Shown one piece after another: positions 1 through 11,960 of a stretch of 64,000 nucleotides of DNA; within the stretch, counting starts at the first letter, position 1, and each line of letters opens with the position of its first letter. This stretch comes from Takakia lepidozioides. Taxonomy: Eukaryota; Plantae; Bryophyta. A program made the translations under genes and the position numbers. The notes beneath the pieces were generated by a model, which did no database searches, was not told the origin of the DNA, and saw nothing but the letters and a program-made list of their open reading frames with translations. The DNA lies in NCBI GenBank assembly GCA_030704615.1, contig CM060733.1:66030001-66094000 (forward strand). Reading direction: 5' to 3'.

Positions 1-702
1 CAGTTGGTCCTATGACTCCATATGCAGAACGTCCAGTCAAATGTATGTCTACGAAGCAGCACGTGAGGTTTAGAGGATCGTGCACGTGGCACCACCTGGG
101 ACTACAACGTCCTCATGGAATCCCCTGTTCATGGAATATACTGTACTGCGCCAGTCGTAGGTATGACTGGCAAGAATCCACCACAGCTCTCGAAAGTCCA
201 GCACGTGGGCACACACGAACGTGGCATATGGTGTCCCCAGATGCTGCCACGTGTTGACCCCAAATTTCCCCCCATGAAGACATACATGTGACTGCAAAGC
301 CCCGTCCCCCACAGTGACACATGGCAATGATATGTCGCACCACGCGTTTCTTCTATGACGCGACACGTGCTGTCGTTTAATTCCCTCGTCCGCTGTCATA
401 GCTGGCAGTGAGGGCTGGCGTCGCAGTCTGACACGTGGCATGTTCTGTAGCCACCACGTGTCTGTCTGACACCGCGGCTGACATGGACTACACTGTCCGT
501 TCAGTCATTCAGTAATGCCAGCGTGTATGACTACCCCCACAGCTGCTCTGGCGCCACGTGACAGCCAGCCTGGAGAGTCATATCTGCCATGTCACAACTG
601 ACTAGGTCTTTACGTCTTCAGAGTCAGGAAGTCGTAAATGGCTTCCATGACTGTATTTGTAGTCATAACACAGAGACGTAAAAGCCGCTTTTTGTTGTAG
701 TG
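1..702. mobile_element. Right end of a CACTA (En/Spm) DNA transposon; TIR 677-702, followed by TSD AAG
   Basis: Ends ...TTTGTTGTAGTG (reverse complement CACTACAACAAAAAGCGGCTTTTACG), matching the TIRs at 14426, 18490 and 35615; about 430-702 is near-identical to about 18225-18490; subterminal region rich in CACGTG/TGAC motifs. Confidence 0.9.
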
Positions 703-981
703 AAGGCTAGGGAGGACAGAAGGATAAGGAAAGAGTTGGTAGCAACTGAGACAGGTAGACGGGTGCAAAAGTTCATATGTGATTCAGCGGATGAGAGCGA
801 TGCAGACAGGGAGGACGACAACCCAACGGAGGTGAGATGGTCGGTTCCACAAGGGGAAGATGGGATTTTTGAAAGCCTGGCCAACGAGCAGTCCGCAGGA
901 CATGAGAAAGGCAATGACGGGGTGGAAGCGGAGCAGGACAGTCAAGGACAGGACGACGATAGTGATGATTTTCAAGATTAG
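703..981 (+). pseudogene. Acidic C-terminal part of the ParB-methyltransferase-like gene (KAREDRRIRKE...DDSDDFQD*)
   Basis: Continues in frame the ORF cut at 35614 (...KVEQILEK) across the shared AAG TSD; followed by an AT-rich 3' region. Confidence 0.65.
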
Positions 982-1115
982 TAGAATTTTAATTAACTCT
1001 CTGTACATTTAAATTCTCTTCCAGAGTATATAAAGGAAATTATCCCCGTCCTTCATGTCCCCTCTCCCATGTGCTTCTCAACGACACCATCGTCCAAACC
1101 ACGTCCCTCCCAAAA

Positions 1116-2012
1116 TCGGAAATGCGGCACCACATTTCCATGTCGGAACGGAAATGTAGCAACTGCAAAAACCTCGTTTGGAAATGCGGCACCGCATTTC
1201 CAAAACCGGGGCAAGAACAATTTTTCGTTTCATGGTTTGGACATCAGAAACTGTTCGGCCGAACAGAAATGCGGTGCCGCATTTCCGTTTTTGACACGGC
1301 AGTTTTGCCGATTGCCAGCTCCTTCCATGGAGGTAAATGGAAATGCCACCCCGCATGCGGAGGTCGAACACGTTATTTAAATGGCGGACATGGAAATGCG
1401 GTGCCGCATTTCCATTTTGGAAATGGAAGTTTTTCCAACTCCAGACCCATCGACGGAACTGCGGCTCCGCATTCCATGATGCTGGACGGGAATGCGGCAC
1501 CGCATTCCATTGTCCAATAAGAAATTTTGATGACGTACATGGAAATGCGGCGCCGCATTTCCAGAACGGACATCGTTGTTTGTCCAATTCCAGACCCTTG
1601 GACGGAAATGCGGCACCGCATTCCATTGTCCAATACGAAATTTTGATGACGGACATGGAAATGCGGTGCCGCATTTCCAGAACGGACATCGTTGATTGTC
1701 CAATTCCAAACCCTTCCACGGAAATGCGGCACCACATTCCATTGTCCAAGAAGAAAATTTGATGACGGACATGGAAATGCGGTGCCGCATTTCCAGAACG
1801 GACATGGACAAGCATTGGCGATTGGACATGCTTGGCCAATTCAAGGTCTAATATGGAAATGCAGTGCCGCATTTCCAATTCGAAGTATGGTAATGCCATG
1901 TCAAGAAATGAAATGCGGTACAGCATTTCCGTTACGACCACAATGGAGGAAAGGGAGCTGCCAGAAATCGCTGCATGGAGAAAAATGAAATGCGGACCCA
2001 CGGACCGCATTG
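1116..2012. repeat. Array of about 15 palindromes GGAAATGCGGYRCCGCATTTCC, partly in a roughly 115-bp dimeric unit
   Basis: Copies near 1119, 1180, 1266, 1392, 1488, 1541, 1605, 1656, 1720, 1773, 1855, 1910 and 1988. Confidence 0.95.
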
Positions 2013-4541
2013 ACCCTCGCCCTCACCTCGCTCAAAGTGGTAATAGCCCTCCAAATACTCCATTGCGCGCAAATACTCCCGCTTGATTCTAGAAGCGTCA
2101 GTGAAAACAGAGAGCCAGACAATGATGTCTCGTGATTCTGGTTTGAATATAGCATAATCGTGGCCATGATAAGGGCAGTTAGCAGGATTTCGGCGGCACG
2201 GCATCCTTGAAAAAGATTAGCGGAGTATGCTCAATGACAACAGCTCCCGGATGGAGAAGGCAGCAGCGCCGTGGCTGGAAGAAGTTCAAGCAAACGCTGC
2301 AATTCCTCACAAACATTCCAGGGCACATTTAATTTCCCCCCTACAAGAACCTGCACGGATGAAGATTGGTTGCTCCATGAATGTAGCCGTTTCAGTTTCC
2401 TTCCGTGTAGGCTCGCCCTCAAATGCCAACTTCTTGGCAGAGCTAGTCCCAGACCGAACTGACTTGGGAACCTGGACGACCGGTGACTTGGTAGCAGTAG
2501 CAGCAGTCGCAAGACCTTGCACAAAGTCATCGTCGGAGTCACTCCCTTGGGGCCCGTCCTGCGCCTCCTCTGGTGCCCCGGTGGTTTTCTGTTTTTTGGG
2601 GTTATTGTACTCCCATGTTTCCGTGTCCTTTTCTTTTGTCCTTTATTCTTCTCATTCAATTTCTCTTGAATACCTGCCTAAGCAAGCTATGCCGCTTTCC
2701 TGGACTGGGCAAGCGCTCTCGCCTCCTTTGGACCCAACGGAGGCAGCGGAGCCCGGTTTCGTCGAGCCTCAGCATCCAGCTTCAATTGAAACTCGGATGG
2801 GTCGAGCGAGCCGGGCGGAAGGTCCACATACCAAGGGCAGTCGCGCAAATGTTCCAGATGCCACTCCTTCACGATAACGTCAGTGTACATGAAGTCAGCC
2901 CTAGGGTTCCTCCATGCGAGGAAGAATGGCGGCTCGAAGGATAGATGTCTTTTCTCCAAAAGGGAGAACTTGCAGTACCTGCATTCAAGAAACACACAGA
3001 ATGAGGTCCCGGTAACGAGGTAAATTTTAGGGAATGAAAATGACTAGGCCCGGAACTGGAAATTCGGCGCCATTTTTCCAGATTGGGGCCGAAAATGGCT
3101 GTCCCAGAACTGACTGGGCCCGGAACTGGAAAAATGGCGCCGAATTTCCTGTTTCGGTGCCTGCCTCTAAAGGGACTTAGCCATTTTCGGGGCCGTTCAC
3201 TGGAAATTCGGCGCCATTTTCCCTGGTTGGGCCCGAAAATGGCTAAGTCCCAGAACTGACTGGGCCCGGAATTGGAAAAATGGTGCCGAATTTCCAGTTT
3301 CGGTGCCTGCCACCATTTTCTGGGCCCTGCACTGGATATTCAGCGCCATTTTCCCAGGTTGGGCCCGAAAATGGCTAAGTCCCAGAACTGACTGGGCCCG
3401 GAACCGGAAAAATGGCGCCGAATTTCCTGTTTCAGTGCCTGCCTCTAAAGGGACTTAGCCATTTTCGGGGCCGTTCACTGGAAATTCGGCGCCATTTTCC
3501 CTGGTTAGGCCCAAAAATGGCTAAGTCCCAGAACTGACTGGGCCCGGAACTGGAAAAATGGCGCCGAATTTTCGGATTCGGTGCCAGCCTCCCAAGGGAC
3601 CTAGCCATTTTCGGGGCCCTCAACTGGAAATTTGGCGCCATTTTTTTCCCAGGTTGGAGCCGAGAATGGGTAAGTCCCAAATCTGACTGGGCCTGCAACT
3701 GGAAAAATGGTGCCGAATTTCCGGACTGAGTGCCAGGCACCCCCTGGACAACCATCCCCCAGGGCCCGAATTCGGAAATTCGGCGCCATTTTTCCTAGGA
3801 CCACAACTAATGTTCATGCGCCACATAGGGCCCCTTACATCCTGGAAATGTTAGGACTAAAAAGAAAGGCACAGCGTACCTGTACAGAAGGCGCATTGCC
3901 GCTTTGTCTGCGTTTGGCTGGTGAGTGAACTCGTGGCTCCGGCGGGCATGGGGTATCTCTCGAAAGAATAGGTCGGTCTTGTAGAGCAGAAAGTACCTCG
4001 TTACATAGTCACGTAGGCTCTCAGCTTCACCAGAAATCTCCAGCTTGAACTGATGTGCTTGTGTGTCAAGCTGCTCTTGCGCATTCGTCGTCACCTGTGG
4101 AGATTCTCCATCAGACCGTTTTCCTCAAAAAATACAATAAATCCATCCGATACAAGTGTAGACGCCCCAAATGAAGCGTGGGAAAGTACCTGAAACCACC
4201 ATGTCATGCGGTTCATCCACATGTCAAATGTGGGGTCGGATAGTTTGTCGGGTTTGGGGAAGCTTCACATGTCCCTTGTACTTTGGGAACCATTCCAGAT
4301 TTGGAGCCACCGGGTCTGTCCAACCACCCAGCATATTAGTAAGCGCCAAACACCACAAAAACGAATTGCTGCCACGACAATTTGGTTAGGAATGTATAAC
4401 CTTTTCTGTTGCATCCACACATGATGTGGCTAGACGATGCAGCTTCTCCAATGTCATTGTGGGCTTCAGAGCGCGGGAGTAGTGCTTCCCCACCTCCACC
4501 AGAAAATCGGCACCAAGGGTGGGATCAGCTATGGCCACGTA
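2013..4541 (-). pseudogene. Diverged paralog (middle exons) of the ParB-methyltransferase-like gene
   Basis: 4430-4541 (-) reads YVAIADPTLGADFLVEVGKHYSRALKPTMTLEKLH, matching VAIADPALRKDFIPEIAKHHSQAMQPTMQLEKLH (near 43380); 2687-2980 (-) RYCKF..EPPFFLAW..HLRDCPWYVD matches 33529 (+) YMKY..EPPFFMAW..HLVGCPWYLD. Confidence 0.75.
3045..3797. repeat. Array of a variant palindrome (GGAAATTCGGCGCCATTTTCC and its inverse) in a roughly 150-bp higher-order unit
   Basis: Alternating forward and reverse copies separated by recurring GGCTAAGTCCCAGAACTGACTGGGCCCGG linkers; lies between coding exons of the paralog. Confidence 0.9.
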
Positions 4542-5267
4542 TGTCGCGCACCTCACTTCGGTAAGCTCCCCTTCAAGTCATAGTTACTCACTTTGATGCG
4601 CGTGCCTGACTCCCAACCTGGCCGCCCGGGCCAACTTGGAGCTTCGGCTGCTCACCGGGACATAACGGTCCCCCTTCGCTTCCCTCTAAACCCTCCACCT
4701 ATTTGGGACTAGGAGAATTCCCTTTGGTAGTTGGCAGTCCGGAATAGCTCCCCTCTCTTTGGTCGCTTTCCGGCTCGTTCGCTCACTCACTAGTTTTTGG
4801 TCACCAACGGGCTTGCACCGTTCTCGGGGTTACTACTCCCTATATATACTTCTGTAGCTGTCCGCGGGGGTTTCATAACCAGCCATGCCATTTTATGGCG
4901 AACCACCACGAAAACCCTCGACTCCCGGTGATGAGTCGCGGTGAGTCTTGGCCCACTCATCACGGCCCCTATGGACCGTGATGAGTCCCAAGACTCCCCA
5001 CGACTCCCACCACGAGGTCTCCGCCCCCATGGTGAGTCCTATGCCACCCCCACTAAGTCCCGCTAAGCTACCACCACCCCTTGTGGAGCCACCCCCACCG
5101 CAACCCGGTGTGCGGGGCTCCACCTAGTGAGCGCCTCCGCCTCCTTGAGTGCCTTGGGCACTCAAGGGTGCTTCAGCCCCCCATACCTATCGCTGCCGAT
5201 GCCCCCACTACAGGGGCAGCCCCTCATGTGTCCCGACCCCCTGCCCTCAAGGCAAAGGGCCGCGACA
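4542..5267 (-). repeat. LTR (about 726 bp)
   Basis: TG...CA termini with a 7-bp inverted repeat; homologous to 29006-29729. Confidence 0.93.
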
Positions 5268-6116
5268 CACACCCCTACCAACAGGGAGTCGATGTCCTCA
5301 TCGACTTGTCCATTTTGTAGAAACGAACATCCAAGGTGTGGCGTCCCACATCAAGGAGTTTGTTTCCGCACCATGGCGTCCCATGGCAAAGAACCAAACC
5401 CCACACTTGACTCTACTCTCCACTAGCTAGTTCGGCCGACTTCCTCCAAGTCCCGGCCAAGGGTGGAGCCTCTCCAGCTCCTCCCAGTGCACTCTTCTTG
5501 GCCTACTTCAAGGCCAAGGAACGATCCTCCCCGAGGATCGAATCGCCTTACTGCAACACATTGCTTGCGATCGCTCATGATGCCGCTTTTGGCATCACCT
5601 TGAGCAAGGGTTCCCTGGAACCCTCTTTGACTAGGACGATAACCTTGAACCAACCGTGCGCCCCAATCACTACAATTGGGTCCGCCTTGGAATGCTGGCC
5701 TGAGGTACGGGAACACGCCGAAGCCGCACTACGACTTCGTCCCGAGGCTACACGATTATAGTACGTGAACGGAAGCACGTAGCTTCCGCGTTAGCCCGCA
5801 CTACAAGGCAACCCCCTCGGTAGCGCAGTTATAGTACGCGCACGCGCCAGGTGCGCACTAGCACGTGAAATCCCAAAGAAGTCGCAAGTTTCCTTGCCCC
5901 TTGGATGGGGGTCACCCGATTTCGGCACTACGCAAACACACGATTAACCCAATTTACCTCTCCCACTTTTATAAGCTAGCGTGCATTCTACACACTAGCC
6001 AACCATACCATGCATCACCATTCCAAACAAAATAGGACGCACAACATTTGGAACCCATTTCCTTTATAACAAATTTTTGTACAATACAAGTTTTTGTAAT
6101 CGGATTCCTGAGCTAG

Positions 6117-7440
6117 CTAAGCCGGGCTAAGCATGCATTTCCTCCCCCACGCTCCAAGGTTGATGTCCCCATCAACGTTTCTTCCGCTTTTGAGGTCGCC
6201 CTTCGAAAGCTGCAACCGCCTCGGATGCGTTTCCCATTTCTGAGGCACGCACCCAAGATGCCTCCACATGATGATAGCCCTTCCATTTGACGAGATACTC
6301 CGTTTCTCAGTTCTTGAACCTCCTCGACTTAAGTATTGCCTCCACCTCGTACTCAGGTTCATTTTCATGATCCAACAGCATAGGTGGCGGACGCAACACT
6401 TGATGCCGATTCGGACGCGCTTCATCTTTGAAGTAAGGCTTCAAAAGGGAGACATGGAATACTGGGTGCACCTTGCTGTTTGCCGGCAGCTCCAATTCAT
6501 ACACATCCTCATTCATAACCTTCCGAATGCGAAAGGGTCCCGCATATGGAGGTACGAACTTCGGACTCACTTCCGGAGGTAGTCAGAAATTCTTGATGTT
6601 CAACCAGACCTCTGTGCTTGCCTCAAACTTCACTTCCCTCCGCTTCCGATTCGCCTGCCTTTCATACCGTTTCCTGGCTTTGGCAATGTTGTACTTTGCG
6701 AGCTTCAACAAACGCTCGCGTTCTTCCAGTACCGCCGCTACTGCCGGTTCCTCAACGTCCTGGGCGGCCCAACTTGTCGGCACCAGAGGTGCTTTTCCAT
6801 AGACCAATACGAAAGGGGAAACTCCCGTTGCTGTGTTATTATAACTGAACTCTGCCGCGTCTAAGTGTTCCACCCAGTCTGTTTGGTCTGCCGACACGTA
6901 ATTCCGCAAGATCTGCTTCACTACGGAATTCACCCTTTCTGTTTGGCCGTCGGTCGTAGGTCGGAAGGCGGTGCTCATATTCAGCCTTGTCCCCATCTTC
7001 TTCCAAAGTGTCCTCCAAAATTTACTCGTAAACTTTGGATCGCGATCCGAGACAATATCCTTCGGGACTCCATGATGCTTTAAGACGTGGGCGAAGTAAA
7101 GTCGCCCTGTCTCCTGCGCCGTTGCCGTCTCCTTGGTGGGGATGAAATGGCCCATTTTACTGAACCTATCCACCACCACCATGATTGCATCGAATCCTTT
7201 TGACAGCGGCATAGCAGTCATGAAATCCATCGAGACGCTTTCCCAAGTCCCCTCTGGAATCGGCAAGGGTTGTAATAGCCCCGCTTGCTTTTTGTACTCG
7301 CTCCGGTTTTGTTGGCATGTGGTGCATGTCTTGACATACTCCTCTGCCTCCTCCCTGAGTTTGGGCCAGAAATACTCTTTCTTCAAGAGTGCTGCAGTGC
7401 GCTTGGCTCCGCCGTGGCCGCAAGCGGGCTATCATGGCAT
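6117..7440 (-). pseudogene. Retrotransposon integrase with GPF/Y motif and chromodomain (frameshifted)
   Basis: CTTCQQ zinc motif, WESVSMDFM, VVVDRFSKMGHF, IVSDRDPKF, TDGQTERVN, PYAGPFRI, HPVFHVSLLKPY, EYEVEAILKSRR. Confidence 0.93.
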
Positions 7441-7865
7441 TCTCTCAAGAGGCTATCTCTGATCCCTCCCTTTGGCACGTAGAGACGTTCTTGCTTATAC
7501 CGGAGCAGTCAATTTTGCAAGTGGAACTGCGATTTAACCCCCATCCTCAAGTCCTGCATCACGGACTTTGCCAGCTCATCCTTCCGGCAAGCCTTTCGGA
7601 TCTTCCTTTGGAGCGCCGTCTCGCCCTTGTACACCAACAAGAGCTGCTGCTTTCTACTTAAAGCATCGGCCACCACGTTGTCTCGTCCCGGTTTGTACTA
7701 GATATCTACGTCGAACACCGCCAAAGTATCTTGCCACCTAAGTTGTTTTGGGGACAACTTGGGCTGCGTGGCAAAATACTTCACCATGACATTGTCCGTG
7801 AACACCTTCACTGGGTTGGAACCAACATAGTGGCGCCAAAGCTCAAGGCAATGCACCACCGCCTT

Positions 7866-9336
7866 AAACCGAAATGCGGCACCGCATTTCGAACGTGCAT
7901 GGGAGGGTATGAGTATCTTACGAGTTGAGGTCCGCCATGGCATTCTTGAGCAGGGAGGAGTCTGCCGCCTTCACCTTGAGGATGACACACTCCACCATGT
8001 AATGCCAGCCAATGTGCTAGGCATGGTTCTGCTTGATGTACTCCCACCAGGCGAGAAGTCGGTGATTCCCGTCCCACACAAAGAACATTTTACCTGACAT
8101 ATGGCCGAAGTCGGGATCACCCTTCAGTGTTGCCTCGAATTCGTTGTTGCGAGTGTGCCAGTGGGTATCCCATGTTGACAATTCCTCCGCAGTGGGTCCA
8201 CGAGATTCGCCGTCCTCATTCTCAAGGGAAACGTAGAAGGCTGGCGAACCTAGACGGTACCCTTCTCGAAATGCGAACTTGAGCTTATCCACATCTCCGG
8301 GAAGTGCCTGCCTGACGATGGGAAGGGAGACCATGCGACAGAGTGGGATTCGAAGAGTCCGCTGGAATACCCTGCTACCCAGAACTCTGCCAATGCTACT
8401 ATGTGTCTCCTCCAACATTGTATCCGCTGCACTTTGGAATTCCTCCGGAGACATTTCTGCTGGTGGCGGCAGGGGCTGAGCAGCTTGAGCATCCCCAACT
8501 GGAGCTGCACTCTGGGGAATCTTTGCAGACAATTGTGCAATTGCAGAGGCCTCCTCCGGGCCTTCAGTGGTCAGGTCTTCCTCAACTGTGGTCAGGTCTT
8601 GCTGAGAACGTTGAGAGGCAGCACCCTCCTCCGGTACCAGATCTCCGGTTGATCCCATTGGCTTCGCTGCAGCAGGTTGGAAATCAAGCAAGAACTGGGC
8701 TTCAGCTCGTGGAATCGGTTTTGGAGACTGCTCCGCCCTCCCCCTGATTGCCTTGTGCTTCCTCATTCTTGCAGGTGAAGGTGTCTGCTGCAATTGAATC
8801 TGCTTCATTCGCCTGGGTGGGGGGGAAACGGCCTGGTCCGGTTCAGAAACAAGTTGAAGGACGGGCTGCTTCTTCTTCGTCTTTGCTGGAGAAGGGCTAG
8901 ACCCCTGCTGGCGATTCTCCATGACCTTTGAAGGCGAGTCGCTCTCTGGGGCTTTGAACTGCAAGGACTTGCCCTTGGAAGCCGCGTCCTTGAAACGCAC
9001 AGGGCTAGGACCGGCAGGAAGACCCGTGCTCGCGGATCGGCTGGGTGTGCGTGCTGCAGCTAGCTCCACGGACTCTGCCTGCGGCTCTTCGGATTCCTGC
9101 GATCCCTCCAGCACATCCACCTTTCCGGTTAGGCATGCAAACATCTTCTGCAGTCAAGTCTCCTAGCATACAGTCTAAGAATTGCAGAAGAAAAATGAGG
9201 CGGGTTTCGGTGCTCGATCAGCTGGCGAATCCCGATAGCACGGAGCTCTCACTGGTGGCTGGGTTGCCTGCATGGCCTGATGCTGCGAGATGGCAATCTC
9301 CTCCTGTAGACGCATCTGCTTCCTCCCCTTCGGCAT
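7866..9336 (-). pseudogene. ParB/Sulfiredoxin-like domain gene, 5' exons (copy A)
   Basis: ORF 8017-9144 with IVRQALPGDVDKLKFAFREGY and MFFVWDGNHRLLAWW (the DGxHRxxA ParB/Srx motif); conserved start MPKGRKQMRLQEE at 9336; homologous copies at 27265, 41181 and 48823. Confidence 0.75.
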
Positions 9337-9744
9337 TGGCCTACGTCCGAGGTACAATTTTCAGAGCTTGCGACGATGTCTCTTCTCTGGTGCACGCACT
9401 CCCTCCTTCTCAGGTTCGAGCATAAAAAGAACAGAGACAGGGAAAAGGGGCGAAGAGTGCAGATGGAAAGGGCGCGAGAGGGGTGACTGAGGAGACACGA
9501 CAAAAGTAGATGAAACGGCGGTGATGCAGCACTTAGGTTCAGAGGGTTGGAGGAAAGTGTCTCCTCCTGGACTTTGCGTCATTACAAAATTCAAATCGTT
9601 CAGGATACGCCTGCCGTCCGAAAAACAAACATCATTATCCAACGGTCAGGCCGCGCCGCCTCATGCCACTTCAGTCAGATAGAGTGCTGACACGTACCGC
9701 AATTCCGATGCTCCACGTGTTCAAATTTGGAGTTGGAGTGAAAA

Positions 9745-11490
9745 TGCGAATGCGGCGCCTCATTTCCGTTAAGTACCATCACGAAGCTACACATCCGTGC
9801 TTGTTGGAAGAAAATGCGGCACCGCATTTCCGTTCCACCTTCATATACCTTAGTTGTTGAACGGAAATACGGTGCCGCATTTCCGTCCCACAGCTCAATG
9901 TATGAGATACAAAAGGGAAATGCGGCGCCGCATTTCCGTTCAGGAATGTTGAAACGTGCGATTCGGACGGAAATGCGGCACAACAATTCAGTTCCCGTGG
10001 TTCATGATTTTCAATCTGAAAGGAAATGCGGTACCGCATTTCCGTTCTGTACAGTATTAAGGTCTGACCCTGGCCGAAATGCGGTGCCGCATTTTCGTTC
10101 CAAAGCTCTATGCCTCACATACAAAAAGGAAATGCAGCGCCGCATTTCCGTTTCGGAATGTCGGAAGGTGCGACTCCGACGGAATTGCTGTACCGCATTT
10201 CAGTTCCGATGTTTCACGATTTTTCATAAGAACGGAAATGCGGTACCGCATTTCCGTTCTGGAGAGTATGAAGGTCTCACCCGGGCGGAAATGCGGTGCC
10301 GCATTTCCGTTCTAGCTTGTGAGGGAGGTGCGACTCGGATGGAAATGCGCTGCCGCATTTCAGTTCCGATGGTTCACGATTTACAGTCAGAACGGAAATG
10401 CGGTACCGCATTTCCGTTCTGGAGAGTATGAAGGTCTCACCCTGGCGGAAATGCGGTGCCGCATTTCCGTTCTAGCTTGTGGGGGAGGTGCGACTCGGAT
10501 GGAAATGCACTGCCGCATTTCAGTTCCGATGGTTCACGATTTACAGTCAGAACGGAAATGCGGTACCGCATTTCCGTTCTGGATAGTATGAATGTCTAAA
10601 GCGGTCGGAATTGCGCTGTCTCAAGCGATCGGAATTGCACTGAGCTCCATGCATCAGATACAAATCGGAAATGCGGCTCCGCATTTCCGTTCTGGAATGT
10701 CGGAAAGTGCCACTCGGACGGAAATGCGGTGCCGCATTTCTGTTCCCGTTGTTCATAATTCTCAATCAGAACGGAAATGTGGTACCGCATTTCCGTTCCA
10801 CCTTCACATACCGTGCTTGCTGGATGGAAATGCGTTACCGCATTTCCGTTCTGGAGAGTATTAAGGTCTCACCCGGGCGGAAATGCGGTGCCGCATTTCT
10901 GTTCCCTTTGTTCATGATTCTCAATCAGAACGGAAATGCGGTACCGCATTTCCGTTCCACCTTCACATACCGTGCTTGCTGGATGGAAATGCGTTACTGC
11001 ATTTCCGTTCTGGAGAGTGTTAAGGTCTCACCCGGGCGGAAATGCGGTGCCGCATTTCCGTTCTGGAATGTCGAAAAGTGCGACTCGGACGAAAATGCGG
11101 TGCCGCATTTCTGTTCCTTTTGTTCTTGATTCTCAATCAGAACGGAAATGCTGGTACCGCATTTCCGTTCCACCTTCACATACCATGTTTGCTGGATGGA
11201 AATGCGTTACCGCATTTCCGTTCTGGTGAGTGTTAAGGTCTCACCGGGCGGTAATGCGGTTGCCGCATTTCCGTTCTGGAATGTCGGAAAGTGCGACTGG
11301 GACGGAAATGCGGTGCCGCATTTCTGTTCCCTTTGTTCATGATTCTCAATCAGAACGGAAATGCGGTACCGCATTTCCGTTCCACCTTCATATACCGTGC
11401 TTGCTGGATGGAAATGCGTTACCGCATTTCCGTTCTTGAGAGTGTAAAGGTTTCCCCCGGACGGAAACTCGGTGCTGCATTTCCGTCGCT
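9745..11490. repeat. Array of about 30 palindromes (cGGAAATGCGGYRCCGCATTTCCg) at 53-54 bp period, between the divergent genes
   Basis: Copies near 10720, 10773, 10826, 10879, 10932, 10985, 11038, 11091 and 11144; spacer types recur. Confidence 0.95.
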
Positions 11491-11960
11491 CTGGGTCATG
11501 ACCAAGATGCAATACGAAAATATATTTGCGCGTATCGTGCAGCGCAATCAAGAACCACTGACGAAATCTGAAACCTCATTTCCGCATGCTGAACCTGAAG
11601 GGTTGCATTGTTCCGAAACAACATGCGGCCAGTCTTGATGAGCACAACTAGGTTGTCTGACCGTTTTAACTAACAGTCCTGGCACTTGTCAGTGCGAACG
11701 CTCCTGTCTGTACCGAGAATACTGCTGGATCCACCCTGAGGAGAAACTGTCAGGAGATGTTATTTCGTTGCCGATTCGGCCATCATTGTCTAATTTACTG
11801 GCTATGGAATCACACCTCCCACCTTCTTGCATGTAGCTTGAAACTATACTTTCCACTTCAATGTGCGACTTCCAATCGTCGATGGACTCCGCATGGTGCC
11901 TGTGAGCCTTCGTCTGTCGCTATACTGAACCTCGCGCTTGCCAACTTCGTGCGGTGTTCG

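Larger units (their letters stand above)
4542..7865 (-). mobile_element. Ty3/gypsy chromovirus LTR retrotransposon, 3' portion (RNase H end, integrase, chromodomain, 3' LTR)
   Basis: LTR 4542-5267 with TGTCGCG...CGCGACA ends; purine-rich GGTAGGGGTGTG (-) adjacent; integrase and chromodomain ORFs; 5' part missing. Confidence 0.93.

Noticed and set aside
1069-2010. Numerous ORFs containing GNAAPHF / KCGAAFP / EMRCRIS (also at 9.7-11.6, 24.2-24.9, 26.1-26.8, 41.7-42.4, 46.1-46.5, 49.3-49.9 and 51.0-51.5 kb)
   Set aside because: They are translations of the stop-free palindrome in all six frames, not proteins
2227-2877. 216-aa plus-strand ORF and similar antisense ORFs (for example 18398-19273 minus, 62151-62939 plus)
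   Set aside because: Shadow frames opposite recognisable coding sequence, with no motifs of their own
7866-9336. Bacterial contamination or a plasmid parABS locus
   Set aside because: The ParB-like gene has GT-AG introns, no ParA is seen, and it is interleaved with plant TEs
9745-11490. CRISPR array (about 24-bp palindromic repeat with 30-bp spacers)
   Set aside because: Spacers recur as higher-order units and are homologous between arrays, no cas genes are present, and the context is eukaryotic with introns, PPRs and LTR elements
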